The translations under genes and the position numbers were made by a program. A DNA stretch of 64,000 nucleotides, taken from assembly GCA_034112185.1 (NCBI GenBank), contig JAWUVW010000007.1, positions 911 through 64,910 on the forward strand, read 5' to 3'. This DNA is from Flavobacteriaceae bacterium. Lineage in GTDB: Bacteria; Bacteroidota; Bacteroidia; Flavobacteriales; Flavobacteriaceae. The notes below the pieces were generated by a model. That model did not search any database. It was not told where the DNA came from and saw only the letters and a program-made list of their open reading frames with translations. Position 1 is the first letter of the stretch; each line of letters starts with the position of its first letter. This document shows positions 35,796 to 45,442 of the stretch, one piece after another.

Positions 35796-36332
35796 ATGAG
35801 TAAATTATATCCTCCAATAAACTTCAAAAAATGGATCGACGAAAATCGTCATTTACTAAAACCACCTGTTGGTAATAAAGTGGTTTGGAAAGATGGCGAT
35901 TTCATTATTATGGTCGTAGGTGGGCCAAATAGCAGAAAAGATTATCACTACAATGAAACTCCTGAGTTTTTCTATCAGGTTGAAGGGGATATTGTTTTGA
36001 AAGTTATAGATAAAGGAACTCCAAAAGATATACATATTAGAGAAGGAGATATCTTTTTACTACCGCCTAAAGTGCCGCATTCGCCACAGCGCGGTGCTAA
36101 TACTGTTGGTTTGGTTATAGAGTATCCGAGAGACAAAGGCGTTAAAGATGCGCTGCTCTGGTTCTGTGAAAGCTGTACCACAAAATTATACGAAGAAGAT
36201 TTTACCCTTGACAATATTGAAACCGACATGCCTGCTATATTCGATGCCTATTATGGCGATGCAGATAAACGTAGCTGCCCAAATTGTAGTGCGGTAATGC
36301 AACCACCAGAGAAAGTGCAAATTGACGACTAA
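35796..36332 (+). CDS. 3-hydroxyanthranilate 3,4-dioxygenase
   Basis: ORF 35778..36332 with ATG 35796 preferred. LKPPVGNK, GGPNSRKDYHYNETPEFFYQVEGD, FLLPPKVPHSPQR and NTVGLVIE are collinear with eukaryotic HAAO. C-terminal CxxC...CxxC. Confidence 0.9.
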   Translation: MSKLYPPINFKKWIDENRHLLKPPVGNKVVWKDGDFIIMVVGGPNSRKDYHYNETPEFFYQVEGDIVLKVIDKGTPKDIHIREGDIFLLPPKVPHSPQRGANTVGLVIEYPRDKGVKDALLWFCESCTTKLYEEDFTLDNIETDMPAIFDAYYGDADKRSCPNCSAVMQPPEKVQIDD

Positions 36333-36407
36333 TAGCCTTTTAATTTCCCTACAGAGGAAAACTGAATCTTAATTAAAATATGATTCCTGCTTAGGCAGGA
36401 AGTTAAT

Positions 36408-37493
36408 ATGGAAAAACGTAAACTTAGAATAAACGGTCACTCACATCTTCTTCCCTATCCTGAAGAGATTCCTGAATTCATGAAAGATAAAGGGATTTTT
36501 TGGGTGGATAAGGACCGGAAATTTATGCTCCAAAAAGATTGGAATAGACCCATAACAGATTCTAGTTTCTTCTTAGATGAAAAATTGGCTTGGATGGAAC
36601 ATTTTAAAATCGACCATGCGGTTGTTTTAAACTTGTCCCAACTCTATGGTAATGGTTTGCGACTCGAGGAAATGAAGCAAGCCTTGCGCTTTCAAAATGA
36701 CTTTAACGCTCGTATACAGAGGGATAATCCAAGTAAATTTACTTGCGGATTTGTGGTGCATCCTGGTTTTGTTAGAGGCGCTTGTTGGGAAATTGAACGT
36801 TGTGTTGAAGTATTAGGGCTACAACTGCTTTGTTTGCCAACACATTATATGGATACTATTGGAACTTGGCGTTGTATTTTTGATGAAGAAAATGAACCCA
36901 TTTTTGAATTAGCAGATAAGTATAACCTTGCTGTTGAAATTCATCCTTATGACGGTGAAAAATTTATAAAGTTAGAAAACACCTCTTGGCGTTTTCACTT
37001 AATATGGATGTTAGCACAATGTGCTGATGCTTATCACTTTTTAACTTTAAATGGGTATTACGAAAAGTATAAAAATATGCGGGTTTGCTTTGCTCATGGC
37101 GGGCAACTCGCTCAAATAAATTTAGGACGACGTATTCAAGGCTTTGATGGACGACCAGATTTATTTGAAGATAAAAATCACCCAAGACAAGCTGTAGGAC
37201 ATAAAAATATATTCTTTGATACTTTGGTTCATGATACAGGTGGTTTAGAATTACTTATTAAAAATCAAGGCTCCAAACAAGTATTAATGGGATTAGATGA
37301 CCCCTATCCTCTCGGTGAAATGGAAAGCGAACAACAATCCTCTTATCCCGGAAAAATCTTGGACTTAGCTGTAGATAGAAATATTATTACAGAAACCGAA
37401 CACGATGCTATTTGGGAAGATAATGTCATACAATGGCTATGCGGAGACGATGACCTTGCAAAACAGAAATTAATGAATAGAATTTTAGGTTAA
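36408..37493 (+). CDS. ACMSD-family amidohydrolase (2-amino-3-carboxymuconate-6-semialdehyde decarboxylase-like)
   Basis: 361 aa. INGHSHLLP, VCFAHGG, RPDLF, DTLVHD and DDPYPLGE are collinear with human ACMSD as remembered. Confidence 0.8.
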   Translation: MEKRKLRINGHSHLLPYPEEIPEFMKDKGIFWVDKDRKFMLQKDWNRPITDSSFFLDEKLAWMEHFKIDHAVVLNLSQLYGNGLRLEEMKQALRFQNDFNARIQRDNPSKFTCGFVVHPGFVRGACWEIERCVEVLGLQLLCLPTHYMDTIGTWRCIFDEENEPIFELADKYNLAVEIHPYDGEKFIKLENTSWRFHLIWMLAQCADAYHFLTLNGYYEKYKNMRVCFAHGGQLAQINLGRRIQGFDGRPDLFEDKNHPRQAVGHKNIFFDTLVHDTGGLELLIKNQGSKQVLMGLDDPYPLGEMESEQQSSYPGKILDLAVDRNIITETEHDAIWEDNVIQWLCGDDDLAKQKLMNRILG

Positions 37494-38134
37494 TGTATTT
37501 TTTACCCTTAGAATTAGATAATTATGTAGTCTCTCACTCTGAACAAGAGCCAGAATTATTGCAACAATTAACACGAGAAACCTACCAAAAAATATTACAA
37601 CCTATTATGCTTAGCGGCCCATATCAAGGCCGCGTATTGAGTATGATTTCTAAATTAATTAACCCTAAATCCATTTTAGAATTAGGAACTTTTACTGGTT
37701 ATTCTACCTTGTGTCTTGCTGAGGGGTTACAAAACGAAGGAGAACTTCATACGATAGATGTTAATGAAGAATTAGTTGACTTTCAACGTAAGTATTTTGA
37801 CAGATCCAACTTCGGACATCAAATTATGCAACATACAGGTAGTGCTTTAGATATTTTACCTCAATTGCATCAAACTTTCGACCTTGTGTTTATTGATGCA
37901 GACAAACCTAACTACTCTAATTATTTCAATTTAATTATTGATAAGTTGAATAAAGGAGGAGTCATACTTTCAGACAACGTATTATGGCATGGAAAGGTGA
38001 TTGAACCCTTAGATGAAAAAGACAAATCTACCAAAGCAGTTTTAGATTATAACGTATTGCTTAAAAATGACGAACGCATTGAAACGGTTCTTTTACCAAT
38101 ACGAGATGGTTTGACAATTAGTCGGAAAAAATAA
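37493..38134 (+). CDS. class I SAM-dependent O-methyltransferase (caffeoyl-CoA OMT-like)
   Basis: 213 aa. ILELGTFTGYSTL, FDLVFIDADKPNY and GGVILSDNVLWHGKV. Confidence 0.85.
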   Translation: MYFLPLELDNYVVSHSEQEPELLQQLTRETYQKILQPIMLSGPYQGRVLSMISKLINPKSILELGTFTGYSTLCLAEGLQNEGELHTIDVNEELVDFQRKYFDRSNFGHQIMQHTGSALDILPQLHQTFDLVFIDADKPNYSNYFNLIIDKLNKGGVILSDNVLWHGKVIEPLDEKDKSTKAVLDYNVLLKNDERIETVLLPIRDGLTISRKK

Positions 38135-38169
38135 TAAGAAAGAATCCTTACGATCTTAGAATCATAAAG

Positions 38170-38460
38170 CTACTTATTACGCTTTAATGATCCCGTAAAG
38201 TCTTCAAGCTCATCTTTAACTTTGTTGATTTCATCTTGAATTTCTTTAGTTGAATCGGCATCTACAATATTATTCTCTTTTGCACTTTTAGTGACTTCGT
38301 GCTTTATATCATTAGTAGCATCTTTCAATTGACGCATTCCTTTTCCTAGACCTTTGGCTATTTCAGGAAGTTTATCAGCACCAAAAACCAGTACTACTAT
38401 AAATAGTACAAATACGATTTCGGTTCCTCCGATAAATAATAATGTTGCAGATTGTATCAC
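38170..38460 (-). CDS. tatA: twin-arginine translocase TatA/TatE family subunit
   Basis: 96 aa. GGTEIVFVLFIVVLVFGADKLPEIAKGLGKGMRQLK is the TatA TM plus amphipathic helix. The start is GTG. Confidence 0.85.
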   Translation of the reverse strand: MIQSATLLFIGGTEIVFVLFIVVLVFGADKLPEIAKGLGKGMRQLKDATNDIKHEVTKSAKENNIVDADSTKEIQDEINKVKDELEDFTGSLKRNK

Positions 38461-38603
38461 GTTGCAAATATAGTTAGTTTGTGAAAAATATTGTTAAACA
38501 ATGATTGAATTTAATGCGTAAGAGATTCCGTTCTTAAGATCGGTTAATTGAACTAATTATTTTTAGTCCATTGCAAAAGCAACTTATAAAAACACTATTT
38601 TAC

Positions 38604-38630
38604 TAAAAAAGCCGACTCGCTAAAGTCGGC
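38604..38630 (-). terminator. rho-independent terminator after the M1 peptidase gene
   Basis: gccgact (38611-38617) pairs with agtcggc (38624-38630). A7 on the plus strand gives a T-run on the minus strand. Confidence 0.75.
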
Positions 38631-38652
38631 TCCATAGTCTAGGGTTAACTAT

Positions 38653-40950
38653 TTAGTTTTTTACTTTATTCTTAAAGGCATCGAAATCACTGTCTTTAAC
38701 TTCTCTTGGCCAAGAATTATTAGATGTATCTACATCTGCTGTTTCTAGGTCTGGATCCACAAGAATACCAACAATCTCTTTTTCAGAAGCAACTGCTCTA
38801 CTGACTTCTTTATCATTAAATCTCCAGATTTGCGCAGGATAAGTTACTTTCTCTTTAGTACCATCAGCATATTCATATTGCACAATAAGAGGCATTACCA
38901 AACCACCTGGCTTATCAAAAGTGACTTCATAAAAATATTTTGGTGCTTTTTTCATTGCTTTTTGCTCTTCAGGGGTGAAGTTGTCCATGATGTATTCTTT
39001 TACAGTGGGGACATCTTCAATTGACGTTTCATTTTTCATTGCTTCGTCGTAACCTTCAGCACCCTCTTCTATAAAATAAACTAAAGAATTTGGCTCCATA
39101 TTATAGCGCTCTGCTAATTTTTTACCATTTTCATTTGGATTGTTAGTCACTGCAAATTTCTTTACTTCTTTTATGCCTATGTCCGTATAATCTGTGGTGT
39201 AAAACCAACCTCTCCAAAACCAATCTAAATCAACAGCTGATGCATCTTCCATTGTGCGGAAGAAATCCTCAGGAGTTGGGTGCTTAAACATCCAGCGGTT
39301 AGCGTATTCTCTAAAGGAATAATCAAAAAGGTCACGACCCATTATAGTCTCTCTTAGCATATTCAATCCTGTAGCTGGCTTACTATAAGCATTGCTACCA
39401 AACTGATATGTATTTAGACCTTTGGTCATTATTGGTGCAATAAAATCTTGGTTACCGCCCATATATTTTACGATATTTTTAGCAGGTCCTCTTCGTGACG
39501 GGTACATTTTATCATTTGGCGATAAAGCTGTAGGATTCCATTCTCCAAAATCTTGCTCAGCAACGTACTGAACAAATGTATTTAAACCTTCATCCATCCA
39601 CGTCCATTGACGTTCATCACTGTTCACAATCATGGGAAAGAAGTTGTGACCAACTTCATGTATAATTACACTTATCATTCCGTATTTAGTTCTATCGGAA
39701 TAGTTTCCTTCTTTATCCGGTCGGCCAAAATTATAACAAATCATAGGATATTCCATTCCCATTGGTGCATGCACCGAAATTGCTTTGTGATAAGGATAAT
39801 CGAAAGTCATACGAGAATACGATTTTAAGGTACTTGCCACTGCCTGAGTAGACCATTCCTCCCATAACGGATTTCCTTCTTTAGAATATAATGACACCGC
39901 CATTACATCTTTCTTTCCAACTTTAACAGCCATCATATCCCAAAGGAATTTACGAGAGGTTGCAAAACCAAAATCACGCACCATTTGCGCAGAAAGTTTC
40001 CAAGTTCTTTTCTTATTACTTTTTGTTTTCTCTGTTTTTTCAGCTTCAGCTTGTGTTACAATCATCACAGGCTTATCATAAGACGTCTTCGCTTGGTTGT
40101 AACGCTTCATCATATCTTTAGTAAAGAGCTCTTCTCTATTTACTAAATAACCAGTACCATCTAAAATATGATCTGCAGGAACCGTAATATTTACATCAAA
40201 ATCTCCAAATGGTAATGCGAACTCATCACGTCCCCAAAATTGAGAATTTTGCCATCCTTCCGTATCATTATACACGGCCATACGAGGATAAAACTGAGCC
40301 ATTACATAAATTTTATTATCATTCTCTTCGAAATATTCGTAACCAGAACGCCCACCATCTTTAACGTGATCATTAATATTGTACCACCATTTTATTTTGA
40401 AAGAAAACTTATCTCCGGTTTTCATTACTTTTGGAAGTTCAACACGCATCATCGTTCGATTAATCATATGTTGTAAATCTTTACCATTAACATCTTTGAC
40501 ATGCTCAATATTAAATCCACCATCAAAACGCTCTTTTAAATAAGATTTTACAGCTCTGGACGATGTAGTAGCTGGAGAAACACCAGAACCACTGATAAGC
40601 GGCGTCTTAGAGTCTTTTGCACGCATATTTTGATCCAACTGAACCCAAAGATATTTTAACTCGTCTGGAGAATTGTTAGTGTACGTAATAGTTTCGTTAC
40701 CATATAACTTCGCATTTACATCGTCGATTTCGATGTCCATTTTGTAATCTGCTTGTTGCTGGTAATAAGCTGGACCAGGTGCACCAGAACCTGTTCTAAA
40801 CATATTAGGTGTTGCAAACTCGTCATATAATTGCTTGAATTTGTTTTGGTTAGTGTGACCAGCCTGACGCTCTGTCTTTATTTCGTTTTGAGCGAAAGTG
40901 CTCGCAGAAACAAATAAACAAGCGCATAAGAAATACCCGAAATTTTTCAT
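38653..40950 (-). CDS. M1 family metallopeptidase (secreted)
   Basis: 765 aa with a signal peptide and the HEVGHNFF...WMDEGLN gluzincin motif. Confidence 0.85.
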   Translation of the reverse strand: MKNFGYFLCACLFVSASTFAQNEIKTERQAGHTNQNKFKQLYDEFATPNMFRTGSGAPGPAYYQQQADYKMDIEIDDVNAKLYGNETITYTNNSPDELKYLWVQLDQNMRAKDSKTPLISGSGVSPATTSSRAVKSYLKERFDGGFNIEHVKDVNGKDLQHMINRTMMRVELPKVMKTGDKFSFKIKWWYNINDHVKDGGRSGYEYFEENDNKIYVMAQFYPRMAVYNDTEGWQNSQFWGRDEFALPFGDFDVNITVPADHILDGTGYLVNREELFTKDMMKRYNQAKTSYDKPVMIVTQAEAEKTEKTKSNKKRTWKLSAQMVRDFGFATSRKFLWDMMAVKVGKKDVMAVSLYSKEGNPLWEEWSTQAVASTLKSYSRMTFDYPYHKAISVHAPMGMEYPMICYNFGRPDKEGNYSDRTKYGMISVIIHEVGHNFFPMIVNSDERQWTWMDEGLNTFVQYVAEQDFGEWNPTALSPNDKMYPSRRGPAKNIVKYMGGNQDFIAPIMTKGLNTYQFGSNAYSKPATGLNMLRETIMGRDLFDYSFREYANRWMFKHPTPEDFFRTMEDASAVDLDWFWRGWFYTTDYTDIGIKEVKKFAVTNNPNENGKKLAERYNMEPNSLVYFIEEGAEGYDEAMKNETSIEDVPTVKEYIMDNFTPEEQKAMKKAPKYFYEVTFDKPGGLVMPLIVQYEYADGTKEKVTYPAQIWRFNDKEVSRAVASEKEIVGILVDPDLETADVDTSNNSWPREVKDSDFDAFKNKVKN

Positions 40951-41015
40951 ATATAGTTTAGTGTTGTTAAAAGTAAGTTCCGAAAATAGCTATTTAGGAT
41001 GTTTTTAACAGATTT

Positions 41016-41522
41016 TTAATCAAAGTTTAACACGCATTTATCATTGTCTGGAAGTAATAAAAAACTCTTGTTTCTACCTAAGAGTTTTAGCCTCACAATG
41101 TTCTGCTGTTCTTGTAAAACATCGAATAAAATTTGATTAGTAACTTCTATAGACTTTATATCTGAAATGTTAACAACCTCTAAGTAGCAATAGGCAATAT
41201 CATCCTTATATTCTTTACCTATAAATCTGAAGTTTACAAGCGTACCATTCACCCTAATTTTTAACTTATCTGCTAAATAGCGATGCATATAAGTTTCAAC
41301 TGTTTCTGGTTCATTTTCAATATCAAGCGTTATGCTCTCATCGTAACGCTGTCGCAGTAGCTCTTCAAAATCGTCTATAAAAATCTGACTTATAATTTGA
41401 AGCGATTGTTGCGCCTTTGAATATTCAATTTTTGTGATGCTCACATAATAATCGTGCCTTGTACTATTAGAAACTAACACAGGCACTAGGAGAAAAGCTA
41501 TAATCAATGGTAATGATTTCAT
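41016..41522 (-). CDS. hypothetical secreted protein (DUF6702-like)
   Basis: 168 aa with a signal peptide. HDYYVSITKIEYSKAQQSLQI resembles the DUF6702 family from memory. Confidence 0.5.
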   Translation of the reverse strand: MKSLPLIIAFLLVPVLVSNSTRHDYYVSITKIEYSKAQQSLQIISQIFIDDFEELLRQRYDESITLDIENEPETVETYMHRYLADKLKIRVNGTLVNFRFIGKEYKDDIAYCYLEVVNISDIKSIEVTNQILFDVLQEQQNIVRLKLLGRNKSFLLLPDNDKCVLNFD

Positions 41523-41657
41523 GTATTTATATCAATTGTTTTTTTCTGTCACATGTCGCATCTATATAATAATTCCTCTTGCATATCGGATTCTTAATTA
41601 TAGATAGTTCATGTTTTAATTTAGGGTTAGACTATTGAATCCAAAAAGTAGTCAAAG

Positions 41658-42470
41658 TTAGTCTTTAGTTACAGATTCTCTATTTTTCTTATATGCTTTT
41701 AGTTTTGCTTGTAAAAAATCTAGCAGCTCTATCTCGTTATTAGAGTCACAAAGCACCAAAAAGCCCTTGTCTTCTTGACAGAAAAGAAAATATTCGTTTC
41801 TTAAATTCTCGGCTAAGGTATCTTTTTCAAAAAGGAATAACTCATAATTTCTCTTTAAGCGTTGGGCACAATCGTCTCTATTATCCAAATCTACGATCGC
41901 TTTAAGCTTTTTTGTTCGTCCGGAAATTTTATTCAATAGTTTATGCATATTTAAACCAACACCGCCTCCAAAGGGCCCTCCCATAATGGCTCCTGTGGGA
42001 CCACCATCCGCATCATACAATTTACGTTCGTTTTGTGTTAAAGGTTTTCCCGTATAACCAGGTATGCCCAAATCGTAAAAATTAATTTCTGTTTTGGCAT
42101 CGGAATTTTCAAGGTCAGATTGTAAGCTTCCTGTTAAAATCGTCCCTACAATGACTTCGCGCAATTCATTAATACTTTCTATGAGATTAACATTAAAACT
42201 ACCAAATTCAATTATTGCCTTCGACATTATAATTTCTTGAACTTGATATTTTATTCCAGAAATCACTAAAGTGTCTAAAGCTTTGGCAGGAATAATAAAA
42301 CTACCATCTTCGTTAGATATCGCATATTTAGAGGCTGTTTTATTGAGTATATGAAGTCCTTCTACCTCATCATCAGCAATAAGTTGTCCCTTAATATATT
42401 TATTTTGAGCCTGACCGTAAAGACCATAAATGAAAAGCATGAAGAAAGCTATATTTTTAATCGTCTTCAT
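41658..42470 (-). CDS. CarboxypepD_reg-like domain protein, paralog 1 (intact)
   Basis: 270 aa with a signal peptide. GQLIADDEVEGLHILNKTASKYAISNEDGSFIIPAKALDTLVISGIKY is a carboxypeptidase-regulatory-like beta-sandwich. Confidence 0.65.
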   Translation of the reverse strand: MKTIKNIAFFMLFIYGLYGQAQNKYIKGQLIADDEVEGLHILNKTASKYAISNEDGSFIIPAKALDTLVISGIKYQVQEIIMSKAIIEFGSFNVNLIESINELREVIVGTILTGSLQSDLENSDAKTEINFYDLGIPGYTGKPLTQNERKLYDADGGPTGAIMGGPFGGGVGLNMHKLLNKISGRTKKLKAIVDLDNRDDCAQRLKRNYELFLFEKDTLAENLRNEYFLFCQEDKGFLVLCDSNNEIELLDFLQAKLKAYKKNRESVTKD

Positions 42471-43250
42471 TTAATTTAATTTTAAAAGCCTTCAATTTGT
42501 CTAAAAGAAATCCTACAGCATTTAATTTGTTTTCATCTTCACACACAGACATAAACGTCTTATTCTCTAAACAAAATTGAAAAAATTCTTCTCTATTTGT
42601 ATTAGGAATAGTGATCGCTTGAAAAATAGCTTCAGAATAATCTGATTTCAATCTATTTCTACATTTTTCTTTAAATTCAATTTCAATTCTTTCCTTGTAT
42701 TCATTGGTGTCGCCATTAATTCTATTCAGTATTTTGTGTACATTTATAGCTATTCCTATGCCATAATAATAAACGAATTTACCATGATCCGCATCATACA
42801 AACGGCGTTCACTTTGAGTTATAGGCAAATCGGTATTACCAGGAATCCCTAAATCGTAAAAATTAAGATCTGTTTTGGCATCAGAATTTTCAAGATCCGA
42901 TTCTAAGTTACCTGTTAAAATTTTGCCGACGACAACTTCGTTTACTCATTTATTTTTTCAATCAGTTGCACACTAAAACTTCCTAAATCTATAATAAACT
43001 GTGTGATTACAAACTCTTGGGCTTCATATTTTAAACCTGTAATGTATAAAGTGTCCGAAACTTTTACGGGGATGACAAAGCTTCCATCTTGGTTAGATAT
43101 AGCATATTTTGATGCTGTTATATTAAGGATGTGAAGCCCTTCCACCTCATCATCTGCGAGGAGTTGACCCCTAAGACCTTTACACTGAGCGCTTAATGCC
43201 AGACTCGTTATAAAGACCATAAAAAAATAAAAGCCTTTAATCTTTTTCAC
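42457..43250 (-). pseudogene. CarboxypepD_reg-like paralog 2, split by a single frameshift
   Basis: ORFs 42942..43250 (N-terminal part) and 42457..42828 (C-terminal part) are collinear with paralog 1. My translation of the gap in the other frame gives VNEVVVGKILTGNLESDLENSDAKTDLNFYDLGIPGNT, which matches paralog 1. The break is at about 42940 (gagtaaac). Confidence 0.65.
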
Positions 43251-44055
43251 TAGGAACTTTTAAGAAAGACTGACTCAATTGAGACACACGCTCTAAAAGT
43301 TGCATTTCCTTATTTTTTTCAAACAAACCTTCTTCTACACCTTCTTTTTCCACATAGTCTATAAAGGCTTCAACTTGATCTAGTGGTATATCGAAATTTG
43401 AATGTATATAATTAATACTATAGGCGTCTAAAGCCTGTTTAAAGGGTGTTTTGTTGAGCTGCTTCTCTTTCCCTGTCTTGGATTTACCTAAATCGACACC
43501 AACAACTTGTTTTAAAAGAAATCCAGCTATATTAACTACGTTTAGCATGTTTTCTACACTAGGATTATATTCATTGAAAGCCACGTTCTTCGCCTCAGTT
43601 TTATAATCCGCAGAAAATTCAAAATCGTCAATATGATCTAAGCCAAAATAGACATCGTCTAAACTGACATTGTACGTTCTCACGTTTTCTAGATCTGTAT
43701 TAAAATTTCCAGTAAGATCAAATGGCAATAAAACAACCTCATCTAGTTTATTAACTTCCTCAACTAAAATCACAGTTAAACGCCTGGAGTTGATAATCTT
43801 TTCTGAAATAACAACCGTAAAGTCTTGGAACTGTAATGCTCCAAACTGAACCACATCATTTACCGAAACGCTAATTTTAAAGTAGCCATCTTTGTCTGTA
43901 GCAGTTCCTTTATTAGAGGATGTATTATAAACAGCAACCCCTTCTTTATCTTCTGATTGGACAATAATTTTTCCATTTATTGCGATTCTTTCTCTATCCT
44001 GTCCGAATGCTATTAAGGCGTAAAAACTAAATAATAATAGTAGTGTTTTTTTCAT
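43237..44055 (-). CDS. CarboxypepD_reg-like domain protein, paralog 3 (more divergent)
   Basis: 272 aa with a signal peptide. INGKIIVQSEDKEGVAVYNTSSNKGTATDKDGYFKISV. Confidence 0.65.
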   Translation of the reverse strand: MKKTLLLLFSFYALIAFGQDRERIAINGKIIVQSEDKEGVAVYNTSSNKGTATDKDGYFKISVSVNDVVQFGALQFQDFTVVISEKIINSRRLTVILVEEVNKLDEVVLLPFDLTGNFNTDLENVRTYNVSLDDVYFGLDHIDDFEFSADYKTEAKNVAFNEYNPSVENMLNVVNIAGFLLKQVVGVDLGKSKTGKEKQLNKTPFKQALDAYSINYIHSNFDIPLDQVEAFIDYVEKEGVEEGLFEKNKEMQLLERVSQLSQSFLKVPSEKD

Positions 44056-44186
44056 ATTTTTTTTCTTGTACTAAATTTCGTCTTTATTCTCTAATTTTCA
44101 TAACAATCTGTTAATAAATGTTTGTTAAATCGTGAAATAAAAAATTTGAAAAGTTTAAATTCCCATCCGAAATAAACCTTTAAATT

Positions 44187-44894
44187 TTGAAATCAGTTAT
44201 AATTGCAAGCACATCTACCATTCATGGCAGTGGTTACTTAGAATATCTACGAGACGAACTTAAGGATCACTTTAAATCTTCAGATGAAATTCTTTTTATT
44301 CCCTATGCGAGACCAGGAGGTATTTCTCATGATGATTATACAATAATAGCATCTAAAGCTTTCAGTGCTATAGGCAAATCTGTAAAAGGCATTCACGAAT
44401 TTGACAACCCTAAAGATGCTATTGCTAAAGCTCAAGGCATTTTTATTGGTGGTGGAAATACTTTTGTCTTAGTAAATAATTTATATAAAAATGATGTTTT
44501 AATAGCTATAAAAGATGCTATTGATACTGGCACTCCTTATTTGGGTACTAGCGCTGGCAGTAATATTTGTGGTTTAACTATGAATACCACTAATGATATG
44601 CCCATTGTTTATCCTCCAAGTTTTAAAACTTTAGGAGTAGTGCCTTTTAATATAAATCCGCATTACTTAGATCCGATTACTGGTAGTACTCACATGGGAG
44701 AAACCAGAGAAACCCGAATTAAAGAATTTCATGCGTACAATACACAACCTGTAATTGGTTTACGCGAGGGCAGTTGGATTGCTATAAATGGCAATACTTT
44801 AACTTTAAAAGGCACTTTAGAAGCGCGAATTTTTGAATATGGTAAGGCGCCTTATGAAATTACAACTAATTCTGATTTAGGGTTTTTAAAATAA
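44187..44894 (+). CDS. pepE: dipeptidase E (S51 peptidase)
   Basis: 235 aa with a TTG start. It is collinear with E. coli PepE (GGGNTF, GTSAGSNI, TTNDMPIV, INPHY, GETRETRIKEF). Confidence 0.9.
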   Translation: MKSVIIASTSTIHGSGYLEYLRDELKDHFKSSDEILFIPYARPGGISHDDYTIIASKAFSAIGKSVKGIHEFDNPKDAIAKAQGIFIGGGNTFVLVNNLYKNDVLIAIKDAIDTGTPYLGTSAGSNICGLTMNTTNDMPIVYPPSFKTLGVVPFNINPHYLDPITGSTHMGETRETRIKEFHAYNTQPVIGLREGSWIAINGNTLTLKGTLEARIFEYGKAPYEITTNSDLGFLK

Positions 44895-44895
44895 T

Positions 44896-45324
44896 TTATA
44901 GCTTTTTTAAAAAGTGATAACCCAAAATTTCATAACCTTCATTATAGTAGAATTTGTGAGACGCATAATTTTGTACGTAGGCATTTAACTCCATGGACTG
45001 ATATCCTTTTCTTTTTATATAATCCTCAATCCAGCTCATAAATTGCTTTCCCAAGCCATTATTTCTGTACTCTGGCTTAATATAAACATGATCTAACTCA
45101 ACAGATTTCCCGACATAGTGACGTGTACAAAACCACAGACCAGAGATACCAATTAAATCATCATTATCATCAAATACACCCGCACATTCATAGTTTTGAT
45201 GCTTCATTTCATTGAAACGCGACTTAAGTATATCTTCACTTACGCTCTGTTGATTCAATATATACACTAACGGAATAATTTGGTCGAAATCACGATTTGG
45301 AATAATTTTAAATTGATAACTCAT
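44896..45324 (-). CDS. GNAT family N-acetyltransferase
   Basis: 142 aa. YRNNGLGKQFMSWIEDYIKRKG is the acetyl-CoA-binding motif A. Confidence 0.85.
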   Translation of the reverse strand: MSYQFKIIPNRDFDQIIPLVYILNQQSVSEDILKSRFNEMKHQNYECAGVFDDNDDLIGISGLWFCTRHYVGKSVELDHVYIKPEYRNNGLGKQFMSWIEDYIKRKGYQSMELNAYVQNYASHKFYYNEGYEILGYHFLKKL

Positions 45325-45442
45325 AAATTATGATTATTCCATAAAAGTAAATCTTTTAAGCTATTCTGCATAATTATGAGATATTGAAAATATTACAGAT
45401 GGCTTTTAAACAAAAGTTGTGTCAAACTTTTATAAATTAAAC

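Noticed and set aside
42930-42950. Programmed ribosomal frameshift in the middle CarboxypepD_reg paralog
   Set aside because: There is no slippery heptamer or downstream structure at the break. A one-base deletion relative to paralog 1 explains it. A sequencing error cannot be excluded.
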